DNA from: Rhodothermales bacterium
GTDB lineage: Bacteria; Bacteroidota; Rhodothermia; Rhodothermales; VXPQ01
Length of the DNA: 64,000 nucleotides
Assembly: GCA_965116435.1 (NCBI GenBank)
Contig: OZ220686.1
Location: 325,005 to 389,004 of the forward strand
Direction of reading: 5' to 3'
The notes under the pieces are model-generated. The model worked only from the letters and a program-made list of their open reading frames with translations, had not been told where the DNA came from and ran no database searches. Positions 10,389-19,222 of the stretch are shown here, piece after piece (the stretch's first letter is position 1; each line of letters opens with the position of its first letter). The position numbers were made by a program, and so were the translations under genes.

Positions 10389-10476
10389 CGCATTGCCTGG
10401 TACTTTTTGCAAAAAACGGCGGATTTTCGTATTATTAAAAACTGTGTTTTTCTTCGATTTTTTCAAGGGTGCGCTG

Positions 10477-13400
10477 ATGGAAGCGGATGTATTCAGCGCA
10501 TCCGTAGATACTACGGATACGGTGAGTTACCCATCTTTCAGAAAGAGAGGGGGGGGGGCGCAACCAGACAAACGAGGCGGCGCGCGGCCTGCATGTTCTT
10601 CTCTGAACCGGTCGGGAGAGGCGGTCCGGGCCTTGCGGGCGCGGCAGGCTTCTTTCCCGGCGCTTTGCTGTGTGTGCCTGCTGACCGGGTTCCTCGGATT
10701 CGCCCCCGAAACCGCCGCGCAATCGACCGGAAATGAGGTGACCGTCCGGGTGGACGTCCCGGAATACGTTGTAGAGGGCGAAACGGGGACGGTTACGGTG
10801 ACCTTGAGTAAGGCGCTGAGCCACCAGGTAGATATTCATTTACAGCCTGTAACCCTAGATTGCGACGATACCATCGGCGGAGCGGTACTGAATGGTAAGT
10901 ACACGCATACGATCGATTGCCCGGGAGGCGCAAAACCGATCGGTATAAATGATGTAGACTTCCCTATTGGATGGGTTGTTTTTCCCGCCGGAACAACCGT
11001 CAAAACCTTTTCGCTCGAGGCAGTGGACGACGCCGAATCGGATTCGCCCGAACTCGCTGCGATCGATCTGGCTTTTCGTGACGGCGTTCAACATCGTTGC
11101 CCCCACTGTACGATTGATTCGGCAACGCCTGCTGACGGCTGGACGACTGTTTGGCCGGATTCGGGGCCGGACCGCTTTTACTGGTTCGTTCCCATCCTGG
11201 ACGAAGCGCCGGGCATGGATCGTTCGACGGACAACTTGACGGTACAGGAAGGGAGCAGCAACACCTACACGGTGAAGCTGGCGACCCACCCCATCGCGGA
11301 TGTTGCGACCGTTACGCTGGACGTTCCAGACGGTACGGACCTGACCGTAGTAGATACGGACGGCCATCAGAATACGCTTTCCTTTACCGCATCCAACTGG
11401 AACGAAGCCCAGACCGTCACCGTCACCGCCGCCGAGGATGACGATGCGCACAACGAGACCGTGTCTGTGAAGCATACCCTGGCGGGGGGCATCTACGACA
11501 ATTGGGACGCCCCTCCCCTTAGCGTGACGATCGAGGACAACGACGCGGCCGGGGTAACTATTACGGAGTCGGACATGGCTACCAAGGTCAGCGAACCCAA
11601 CAGTACGGACACGTACGATGTGGAGCTGAAGTCCCAGCCTGCTGACGATGTAATGATTTCGGTACAGGCCGAGGCTGGCGTCACCGTAAAGAAGTCCGGG
11701 GGCACGGCGGCGGCTTCGCAGATGCTGACCTTTACCTCGTCGGACTGGAATACGGCCCAAACGATCACGGTGGCCGCCGTGGATGACGACATCGACGAGC
11801 CCGGCCGCACACGTAACGCCAAGATAACCCATACGTCCTCGTCCGACGACGACGATTATGACGGCGTGTCCGTGCAAGATGTGTTCGCGATCATCCAGGA
11901 CGACGACCCCACCGAGGTGACGTTATCCACGCCGGATTCGACGGCGACAGAGGGAAGTGACTCGGACACGGCGGAAATACTCCTGACGCTGAATCGGGGC
12001 CTTGTTCGCGGCGAAATGCTAACCATGCTGCTTGCATTTTCGGGAGGCGCAGTGGAAACGGACTTCACGTTGAGCCTGAAAGACAGTCCGACGGGCGTAA
12101 TATTTTTGCCCTCGTCGACGGCGGTTGCATTCGCAGGCCCGGAGAACGGAGAGTCGGCAACGTCCGCTACGCTCACCTTGACCGCCTTGAAAGACGCGGA
12201 CGCGCAGGACCAAACGGTAACCGTCTCCATTCCGAGCGAATCTTCGGGTACGCGGCCGGTGCTTATTGTTGCCAACCTGCCCGGAGGCGCGGAGGGCAGC
12301 CGAACGGGCAGCGGGCGGATCGTTTTTACGGACGACGACGAACCTGTGGTGTCCTTTGCATCGGCCACTTCCAGTACGAGCGAGGCGTCGGGCGAGCACG
12401 AGGTCACAATCAACCTGGATCCGGCGCCGGCCTCGAACATCTCGTTGCAATATAGATTCGGCTTCGGCGGCACGGCCACGGACAACGAAGACTATGTATG
12501 GCCGAAGGGATCGGGCAAATCCGCCCCATTGGCGGCGTCTCCGGAGGACGCCACTCTCCCGATTCCCGTAGAAATCATTGATGACAAGGTGACCGAGGGC
12601 GACGAGACGATGATGGTCACGATTCAGCCTGGGTCGGGCTATATCGTAGGCGACCAGGACACGTATACGCTGACCATTATCGATAACGACAAGGGAGGCG
12701 TTACGGTGACGCCGACCTCGCTTGAGCTTACAGAAGGCGGAGGCGCTGAAAAATACACGGTGGTTCTGGATACGGACCCTGGGGGCGAGGTCATGGTGAC
12801 GCCGAGGGCGGCAGATAACGGGGTCGTCAGGGTGTCGGGCCGGTTGACGTTCGACAGCAGCAATTGGGATACGAAGCGGGAGGTGACGGTTACTCCTCTG
12901 GACGATGCGGATGCGAACAACGAAAGCGTAACGATTAGTCATCTCGTCAGCGGCTACGTGGGCGTATCGCAATCGCGGGAGAACGACGTCACGGTACGGG
13001 TTACGGACGACGACAAGGCGGGCGTTACGCTGTCCACGCTTTCGCTCACCGTGCACGAAGGAAGCACGGAGGAATACACGGTCGTTCTGGATACGGATCC
13101 TCTTGTGGAGATCACGGTGACGCCAACCTCGAGCGATCCGGGGGTCGTCGCCGTTTCGTGCGGCGGCGCCGACCCGTGCGCATTGACGTTCGACAGCGGC
13201 AACTGGGATACGGCGCAGACGGTGACGGTTACGCCCGCGGACGATGCGGACGCGGACAACGAAAGCGTAACGATTATGCATACGGTCAGCGGCTATGCAG
13301 GCGTACCGAAGGGCCCCGATGTGGCCGTGGTGGTGGACGACGACGAAGTGCCTGTGGCGGCGGGCGTGGACGCGAACCCGTTGGCCGTGGCGCTCGAGGA

Positions 13401-15075
13401 GGGGAGCGGGATGTCTGAGACCTACGAGCTTGTGCTGCGCACGGACCCCGGGGGCGCGGTCACGGTGACGCCGTCGTCGAGCGATATGGAGGCCGCCACC
13501 GTTTCGTGCAGCGCCGACCCGTGCGCGTTGACGTTCAATAGCAGCAATTGGAGTACGGCGCAGACGGTGACGGTCACGCCTGTGGAGGATGCGGATGCGG
13601 ACAACGAAAGCGTAAAGATTTCGCACGCAGTGAACGGCTACGCGGGCGTATCGAAGGGGCCTGAGGTAATCGCCACGGTGGACGACGACGAAGAGCCGGT
13701 GCCTGCGGGGGTAGAGGCTCGCCCGTTGGCCGTGGCGCTCGAGGAGGGGAGCGGGATGTCTGAAACCTACGCGCTTGTGCTGCGCACGGACCCCGGGGTG
13801 GCGGTCACGGTGGCGCCGTCGTCGGACGATCCGGGGGCCGCCGCCGTCTCGTGCGGCGCCGACCCGTGCGCGTTGACCTTTGACAGCAGCAACTGGGACC
13901 AGGCGCAGAGGGTGACGGTCACGCCCGCGGACGACGACGATACGGACGACGAAAGCGTAAAGATTATGCATACGGTCAGCGGCTACGCGGGCGTATCGGA
14001 GGGGCCTGAGATAATCGCCACGGTGGACGACGACGACGAACCGGCGGCGGGCGTATCCTTTGCTTCTGCCGAATCCCGGGTGGGCGAGGGGGCAGAGTCC
14101 GTGCGCGTGACGGTGAATCTCGACCCGGCTCCGTCCGCGCCCATCGCGGTGCAGTATGCGGTAGCGGGGACGGCGACGGCAGGCGACGCGGGCGACGTGG
14201 TCATTGCGGGTTCCGGAACGGTATCGGCGGCTTCCGGCGCCTCCTCGGCCGCAATCCTGGTCACGATCGACGATGACGACGACCGCGAAAGCGACGAGAC
14301 GGTGATTCTGACGCTACGCGCGGGTACGGGCTACGATCTTGGCGATCCTCCGCACGAACACATCCTGACCATCCTGGACAACGACGAGGACAATGTGTCC
14401 GGCGGCGGAGGCGACAGTGGGGGCGGAAGTGGGGGTGGCGATCCGTCTCTGGTTACGCTGTCGGTTTCGCCGAACCCGGTCCCGGAGGGGGAGGCGGTTA
14501 TGGTTACGGCCACGCTTTCGCAACCGCTCGTCCGCAGTGCAGCGATTCCGCTGGCTATTGCGGCGGGCACGGCGGAAGCGGAGGATTACCAGGCCTTGCG
14601 CGCGATCGAGATTGCGGCGAACGAGGCAATCGGCGCGGGCGCGATATCCACGGCGGCAGACGCGGACCTGGACGACGAGACCTTCACGGTGTCGTTGGGT
14701 ATGTTGCCGCCCGGGATGGCGGCGGGCACGCAGGCGTCCGTCGAGGTGGTCATCGCGGACGCTACGAACATCGTGTCGAAAGAATCTTTCGAATCCGAAA
14801 ACGAAATTCCAACGTCCTTTGCGCTGGATCAGAACTACCCGAATCCGTTCAATCCGGTGACGACGATCGGGTTTTCGCTGGCGAGGGCGCAGCATGTGCG
14901 GCTGGTGGTGTACGACCTGCTGGGGCAGGAGGTGCGGGTGCTGCTGGACGGGGTGCGGACGGCGGCCCGGCACCGCGTGTCGTTCGACGCGTCGGACCTG
15001 GCGAGCGGGACGTACCTGTACGTACTGCGCACAGAAGAAGAAACCGCCGTCAGAACCATGGCCCTGCTCAAGTAG
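10477..15075 (+). CDS. Giant secreted Calx-beta repeat protein with T9SS C-terminal sorting domain
   Basis: The ORF 10279-15075 was trimmed to the first ATG (MEADVF, 10477). The signal peptide is FPALCCVCLLTGFLGFAPETAAQ. It has repeated Calx-beta-like modules, a Gly/Ser linker GGGGDSGGGSGGGD, and the C-terminus FALDQNYPNPFNPVTTIGFSL...YLYVLRTEEETAVRTMALLK. Confidence 0.85.
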   Translation: MEADVFSASVDTTDTVSYPSFRKRGGGAQPDKRGGARPACSSLNRSGEAVRALRARQASFPALCCVCLLTGFLGFAPETAAQSTGNEVTVRVDVPEYVVEGETGTVTVTLSKALSHQVDIHLQPVTLDCDDTIGGAVLNGKYTHTIDCPGGAKPIGINDVDFPIGWVVFPAGTTVKTFSLEAVDDAESDSPELAAIDLAFRDGVQHRCPHCTIDSATPADGWTTVWPDSGPDRFYWFVPILDEAPGMDRSTDNLTVQEGSSNTYTVKLATHPIADVATVTLDVPDGTDLTVVDTDGHQNTLSFTASNWNEAQTVTVTAAEDDDAHNETVSVKHTLAGGIYDNWDAPPLSVTIEDNDAAGVTITESDMATKVSEPNSTDTYDVELKSQPADDVMISVQAEAGVTVKKSGGTAAASQMLTFTSSDWNTAQTITVAAVDDDIDEPGRTRNAKITHTSSSDDDDYDGVSVQDVFAIIQDDDPTEVTLSTPDSTATEGSDSDTAEILLTLNRGLVRGEMLTMLLAFSGGAVETDFTLSLKDSPTGVIFLPSSTAVAFAGPENGESATSATLTLTALKDADAQDQTVTVSIPSESSGTRPVLIVANLPGGAEGSRTGSGRIVFTDDDEPVVSFASATSSTSEASGEHEVTINLDPAPASNISLQYRFGFGGTATDNEDYVWPKGSGKSAPLAASPEDATLPIPVEIIDDKVTEGDETMMVTIQPGSGYIVGDQDTYTLTIIDNDKGGVTVTPTSLELTEGGGAEKYTVVLDTDPGGEVMVTPRAADNGVVRVSGRLTFDSSNWDTKREVTVTPLDDADANNESVTISHLVSGYVGVSQSRENDVTVRVTDDDKAGVTLSTLSLTVHEGSTEEYTVVLDTDPLVEITVTPTSSDPGVVAVSCGGADPCALTFDSGNWDTAQTVTVTPADDADADNESVTIMHTVSGYAGVPKGPDVAVVVDDDEVPVAAGVDANPLAVALEEGSGMSETYELVLRTDPGGAVTVTPSSSDMEAATVSCSADPCALTFNSSNWSTAQTVTVTPVEDADADNESVKISHAVNGYAGVSKGPEVIATVDDDEEPVPAGVEARPLAVALEEGSGMSETYALVLRTDPGVAVTVAPSSDDPGAAAVSCGADPCALTFDSSNWDQAQRVTVTPADDDDTDDESVKIMHTVSGYAGVSEGPEIIATVDDDDEPAAGVSFASAESRVGEGAESVRVTVNLDPAPSAPIAVQYAVAGTATAGDAGDVVIAGSGTVSAASGASSAAILVTIDDDDDRESDETVILTLRAGTGYDLGDPPHEHILTILDNDEDNVSGGGGDSGGGSGGGDPSLVTLSVSPNPVPEGEAVMVTATLSQPLVRSAAIPLAIAAGTAEAEDYQALRAIEIAANEAIGAGAISTAADADLDDETFTVSLGMLPPGMAAGTQASVEVVIADATNIVSKESFESENEIPTSFALDQNYPNPFNPVTTIGFSLARAQHVRLVVYDLLGQEVRVLLDGVRTAARHRVSFDASDLASGTYLYVLRTEEETAVRTMALLK
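10550..10559 (+). repeat. Homopolymeric G10 tract in the leader of the second Calx-beta gene
   Basis: Counted directly. It encodes KRGGGA between ATG 10477 and the signal peptide. Confidence 0.95.
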
Positions 15076-15327
15076 CGCGCTTTACGTCCGCAAAGATCAG
15101 AGGTACCACCGTCTTTATTCTTGCGGCTTTCGTAAGTTACGTCCGCGAATAAATGCAGCGCATTGCGAGGCCGCCGGTCGTGCGTGGGATGTATCCCCGC
15201 ACTACAAAAACGAGCCTTGGGGGGGTGAAATCACAGGGATGCTCTGATTAAGTCCGCGAAGATCAGAGGCAGCGAGGAGTGGGCTGGCAAGGAATGACGA
15301 AGCAGCGTGGTAGGCCCCACGTAATGA

Positions 15328-15490
15328 GGAATGACGCCGCCAGCGTGCTCCTCGATGCCTCCCGAAGGGCGCTTCACGACCCCGACGACGCCAAACACCG
15401 TGTTTTCCGATGATTTTAACGATAGAATCATTACAAACGCTACTTGCGTACGTGAAGCGCTGATCGAAGTGGACTTGATCAGTGCATCCC
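15328..15490 (-). repeat. Copy 1 of an approximately 165-bp dispersed element shared with 52141-52304
   Basis: The reverse complement of 15328-15490 aligns by eye with 52141-52304 (GGATGCACTGATCAA.TCCACTTCGATCAGCGCTTCACGTACGCAAGTAGCGTTTGTAATGATTCTATCGTTAAAATCATCGGAAAACACGG...). It abuts the start of Calx-beta gene 3. Confidence 0.85.
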
Positions 15491-17992
15491 TATATTCCTG
15501 AAAATCAGAAAACAGCCATGGTCTTTCCGTTTCTTTTTGCCCATGATCCCATGGTTCGCGCCTGGAAAAAATGCGTCCATAGCGCTCCGGCAAGGCCGCG
15601 GACGCATTCTGCTCGTCGCTTTTTCCCGGCAAGGCCGCGGACGCATTCTACGCGTCGCCTTTTCCCGGCAAGGCCGTGTACGCATTCTGCGCGTCGCCTT
15701 TTCCCGCATCGTATTTTCGTTACGGCGCTATTCTCTGCGCTATTTTTTGCAGGAGGACTCGCTTGTGAGGTCAGCGCCGGGCCCATGGTCGAATTCGGCC
15801 GAGCGAACTACGACATGCACGAAGACCCGCGCGAGAACCTACGCGGGAATCCGTACGAGGAGCCCCTCCAGGACCTGCGAGAGGAGCCGCTCGATAACCT
15901 GCGCCAGAACCCGTGCACCTCGGACAACCCCGGCGCCCGCGTTGAACCCGTCGCCTCGCCCGTGCCCGAAGGGAGCATGGCCGAGTTCGCCGTCACGGTG
16001 TGTCCGGCTCCGTCAAGCGACCTCACGGTGACGCTCGAAACGCGCCAGGGCCTTTTTGCGGATTGGATTCCCGAGGCGCTCATGGGGTTTCAGACGGTGA
16101 CCGTGGGCACGAGCGGCATGGCGACGTTCTCGATTCCCACGAAGGACAACAATGTATGGGATGGCGGCGCACGGGGCGTGATCGTCGCGGTCTTCTCAGG
16201 GGTTGGCTACGAACTTGGAAGTCCCCTGAGCACTACCGTTGAAATCACGGACGACGAACCCGTCCCGTCTTCTCCAAGAGTCCTGCTTTCCGAGGCGAGG
16301 TCGGTCAAGACGCCGGCGCCTACCCTGTTTACGGTAGAGGCCCGTCCTGCGCCGACCACAGACCTGACGGTCAACCTTACCGTGGAGGAGACCGGCCTGG
16401 GGGACTTCGTGCCGCCGAGCGGGGAAGGCGCGCAGACGGTGACGATCCCTGCGGCCAGCGGATCGACAACCTATGCGGTTTTTCCGCAGGACAACGCAGT
16501 GGACGAGCCGGACGGGGAGGTGCAGGTTACGCTACAGTCCGGCACGGGGTACACGCTGGGGCCTGCGCGCAACCTTTCGCGCAGGGCGAACATCCTGGAC
16601 GGCGAGTCAACAACGGTGACGCTTTCGACGACGGCGAACGCGACCATGACGGAGGGGGAGAGCCGGACCTTCACCGTGGCGCTCGGACGCCGTCTTGTGG
16701 AGGGTGAGAACCTGACGGTAGTCCTGGCGCTGCGCGGGAGGGCCCTGGACAACGACTACATGTTGTCCGCCCCCTCCACGCCGGGGGTGACGTTCACGCC
16801 GCCCATTGAGCTGGAGTTCATCGGTCCTTTGGCGCCGCGGGAGGCGACGGTGACGGTCGAAGCGCTTTCGGACCGGGAGGTGGAAATGGACGAGACCATC
16901 GTTATACGTATCGGAAGCACACGCGGCGATTTCGGCGGCGGCGGAACCGCCTGGGAGGGGCAGGTCACGTTCACGCTTCAAGATGTGCCGCCGACGCGAC
17001 GGGTCACCCTCAATACCGCCACCGATTTTTCCTTGGGCGTAACCGAAGGAGATTTGGTGCCCTATCAGCTCTATATCGAGTCGTTTTTGCCCGGGGATAC
17101 CGATGTTCGGGTGAATGTGTCGGAGCAGGAAGGTTCCGATTTTCTGGACGCAAGCGAGGAGGGGGTCAGAATCATCAGGATTCCGGCGAACGCTTTTGAC
17201 AAGACGTTCTTTGTGGAGACGAAGGAAAGGGCCGGAATCCAGGCGGCGGGCGCGTTCACGGTGACGGTGGAGCCTGGCGATGGCTATACTCCGCACGACC
17301 CCGCTTCGTTCACCGTTCCGGTCAAAGACTTGAGCGATACGACGCCGTGGGTGGGTTTTAGCACGCTTTCGTCCGCCGAAGAGGAAACGTTCGGAACCGC
17401 TCTCGCCACCGTGCAAATTTCTCCGTCCTTCGATGATCCGGCAACCCTGACGTATAGCGTTTCGGGCACGGCGACGGAAGGGGCGGACTACCGCATCGCC
17501 AACTCCGGGAGCGTGCCGGTGCCCGCCGACCAGTCTTTCGTGAACATTCCGATTGAGATTACGAACGACATGGATGCCGAGGCGGACGAAACGGTTGTTC
17601 TGACGCTGATGGACGGCGAGGGCTATGCGCTGGGGCCGGGCGTGAACGTGTATACGTTGACCATTTTCGCTTCCGACGGGGGCAGCAACGAGCCGGTCGC
17701 CTCAGAATCGCTCGGCGACGAGATACCGGATGCCTTTGCGCTGGAGCAGAACTATCCGAATCCGTTCAATCCATTGACGACGATCGAATTTGCGCTGGCC
17801 AGGTCGCAGCATGTCCGGCTCGCGGTGTACGACCTGCTGGGGCAGGAAGTGCGCGTGCTGCTGGACGGCGTGCGCCCGGCGGCCCGCCACCGCGTGTCCT
17901 TCGACGCATCAAACCTGGCAAGCGGCGCCTACCTGTACGTCCTGCGCACGGAACAAAACACCACCGCCCGAACCATGACGCTACTCAAGTAG
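15482..17992 (+). CDS. Secreted Calx-beta repeat protein with T9SS C-terminal sorting domain
   Basis: 836-aa ORF (GTG 15482; alternative ATGs at 15518 and 15551). The hydrophobic signal core is IFVTALFSALFFAGGLACEVSAG. It has Calx-beta-like modules and the C-terminus FALEQNYPNPFNPLTTIEFAL...YLYVLRTEQNTTARTMTLLK. Confidence 0.8.
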   Translation: MHPYIPENQKTAMVFPFLFAHDPMVRAWKKCVHSAPARPRTHSARRFFPARPRTHSTRRLFPARPCTHSARRLFPHRIFVTALFSALFFAGGLACEVSAGPMVEFGRANYDMHEDPRENLRGNPYEEPLQDLREEPLDNLRQNPCTSDNPGARVEPVASPVPEGSMAEFAVTVCPAPSSDLTVTLETRQGLFADWIPEALMGFQTVTVGTSGMATFSIPTKDNNVWDGGARGVIVAVFSGVGYELGSPLSTTVEITDDEPVPSSPRVLLSEARSVKTPAPTLFTVEARPAPTTDLTVNLTVEETGLGDFVPPSGEGAQTVTIPAASGSTTYAVFPQDNAVDEPDGEVQVTLQSGTGYTLGPARNLSRRANILDGESTTVTLSTTANATMTEGESRTFTVALGRRLVEGENLTVVLALRGRALDNDYMLSAPSTPGVTFTPPIELEFIGPLAPREATVTVEALSDREVEMDETIVIRIGSTRGDFGGGGTAWEGQVTFTLQDVPPTRRVTLNTATDFSLGVTEGDLVPYQLYIESFLPGDTDVRVNVSEQEGSDFLDASEEGVRIIRIPANAFDKTFFVETKERAGIQAAGAFTVTVEPGDGYTPHDPASFTVPVKDLSDTTPWVGFSTLSSAEEETFGTALATVQISPSFDDPATLTYSVSGTATEGADYRIANSGSVPVPADQSFVNIPIEITNDMDAEADETVVLTLMDGEGYALGPGVNVYTLTIFASDGGSNEPVASESLGDEIPDAFALEQNYPNPFNPLTTIEFALARSQHVRLAVYDLLGQEVRVLLDGVRPAARHRVSFDASNLASGAYLYVLRTEQNTTARTMTLLK
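15586..15702 (+). repeat. Three tandem copies of a 39-bp in-frame unit (13 aa, ARPRTHSARRFFP) in the leader of Calx-beta gene 3
   Basis: Units start at 15586, 15625 and 15664. The period of 39 is divisible by 3, and the array lies between the candidate start codons and the hydrophobic signal core. Confidence 0.9.
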
Positions 17993-18041
17993 CGCCCCCG
18001 GCCGATTTAATAATGCGTGTTCACCGAGTGAATAGTCATGG

Positions 18042-18077
18042 GTCGAACCATGACGCTGCCCAAGTAGCACCCCCGGC
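18042..18077 (+). pseudogene. 36-bp relic duplicating the last codons, stop and 3' flank of a T9SS-CTD gene
   Basis: GTCGAACCATGACGCTGCCCAAGTAGCACCCCCGGC compared with the genuine end of gene 3 at 17967-18002 (CCCGAACCATGACGCTACTCAAGTAGCGCCCCCGGC). It is followed by a 2 x 16 bp tandem GGCAGGTATCTTTTAG (18075-18106). Confidence 0.7.
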
Positions 18078-18383
18078 AGGTATCTTTTAGGCAGGTATCT
18101 TTTAGCCCAACGTGCTGACAATGCCCGCACACGGCGCATTTCCCTCCTGTACAAAAAGCCCTCCTTACTTATTTAGGCGCCACTTTCCGCCACCTTACTT
18201 TTTAAGGTTGGGGTTTGGGGCTGTTGCCGAGGGCGCGATTTCCACCACATTGTTTTGGAAAAATCGGCACTTTCTTGTATCATCAAGGTATAAGAATCCG
18301 TTGTAGCGCCCGCCTGTACACTGCCTACGGACAATTTCCGGGCTATGCAGAACGCCCCTCATGTACGCTGATCACCCGTTGCC

Positions 18384-18704
18384 ATGCCATTTCTTTTCGC
18401 CAAGACACGCAAGCGCCTCTCGGCCAGGGAAAATTCCGTGCGCGCAGAAAGGGACGTAAAGGAAGTCAGCCTGCCGAAAGATGCAGCCAGCAGGCGATCG
18501 ATATACTTCGAAACGGAAATGGAAGCGGTCGAAGAGTGTATGCGCATCCATAAGGAATCTGCCGGCCGGACGATCTCCATACGGCAAAGAACCCCTTACG
18601 GAGGGTATCGCGTCTACAGCCTTCCCATTGAGTTGGCTGTAGACGAGTTGGCCAAACCCATCATACCCCAAATCCCAGGCAATATTTTCGCACGGCGCAA
18701 ATGA
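18384..18704 (+). CDS. Hypothetical protein (106 aa)
   Basis: ATG-initiated ORF whose stop overlaps the next ORF start (ATGA at 18701-18704). No motif was recognised. Confidence 0.35.
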   Translation: MPFLFAKTRKRLSARENSVRAERDVKEVSLPKDAASRRSIYFETEMEAVEECMRIHKESAGRTISIRQRTPYGGYRVYSLPIELAVDELAKPIIPQIPGNIFARRK

Positions 18705-19138
18705 GCGAAGAATTAACGCAAGATCATCAGGAAGCATTGGTTCCGTCCGACGACCTCGATGAAGAAACGCTCCAGGATTTTTTCTTCCTGGAGAAGAGTC
18801 GGGTAGCCGCCGACCGCGAGCGGGTGCAGCTGGGAGTCAAGGCAATCGAAGCCCAGAGTGCTGCTGACCAGCGCCTATACGAATTTCAGATGGCTCAGTT
18901 GGACAAAGGGTATGAGGATAGACGGGACAGGTTCAAAGCGGCGCTAAAAATTATATGGGTCGCATTTGTATTTGTCATGCTGGGCGCTGGAGCGTTGTTC
19001 TACCTTCTTTTTGCAGGCAACGAACTTCAGCAGGATATGGCGTTTGAACTCCTGAAGTTGTTAGGCGCCGCCGTTGCAGGGGGGGGGGCCGTTTCGCTTA
19101 CTGCCAACGCCCTTAAAAAAGCCTCCTCCATGGTATAA
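18701..19138 (+). CDS. Hypothetical membrane protein (145 aa)
   Basis: Acidic coiled N-terminal part, then a TM helix IIWVAFVFVMLGAGALFYLLF. It is coupled to the upstream ORF and contains a G10 tract (AGGGA). Confidence 0.45.
   Translation: MSEELTQDHQEALVPSDDLDEETLQDFFFLEKSRVAADRERVQLGVKAIEAQSAADQRLYEFQMAQLDKGYEDRRDRFKAALKIIWVAFVFVMLGAGALFYLLFAGNELQQDMAFELLKLLGAAVAGGGAVSLTANALKKASSMV
19079..19088 (+). repeat. Homopolymeric G10 tract inside the 18701-19138 ORF
   Basis: Counted directly. Confidence 0.95.
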
Positions 19139-19222
19139 TCCTTCCTGCGTACAGGGATTTCCGGGCTGTTCTCGGGAGCGAGGGCGTTACATAGCCTGTC
19201 CGGCGCCTTTCCGCTTGTCCAT

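Noticed and set aside
5550-13971. Very long antisense or off-frame ORFs inside the giant Calx-beta genes (5550-7916 at 788 aa, 8133-10199 at 688 aa, 8576-10438 at 620 aa, 12019-13971 at 650 aa, 10855-11877).
   Set aside because: Their products are Arg/His/Gly/Pro-rich with no motifs. They are shadow ORFs, which are expected in high-GC repetitive coding DNA. The sense frames carry clear Calx-beta and T9SS-CTD signatures.
15231-15632. The small ORFs beginning MILSLKSSENT in both copies of the 165-bp element (15231-15632 minus strand, 52199-52459 plus strand), considered as a conserved micro-protein.
   Set aside because: The two copies diverge mostly by amino-acid-changing substitutions, and the reading frames run out of the conserved element into unrelated sequence with different ends. 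Conservation is better explained at the DNA/RNA level.
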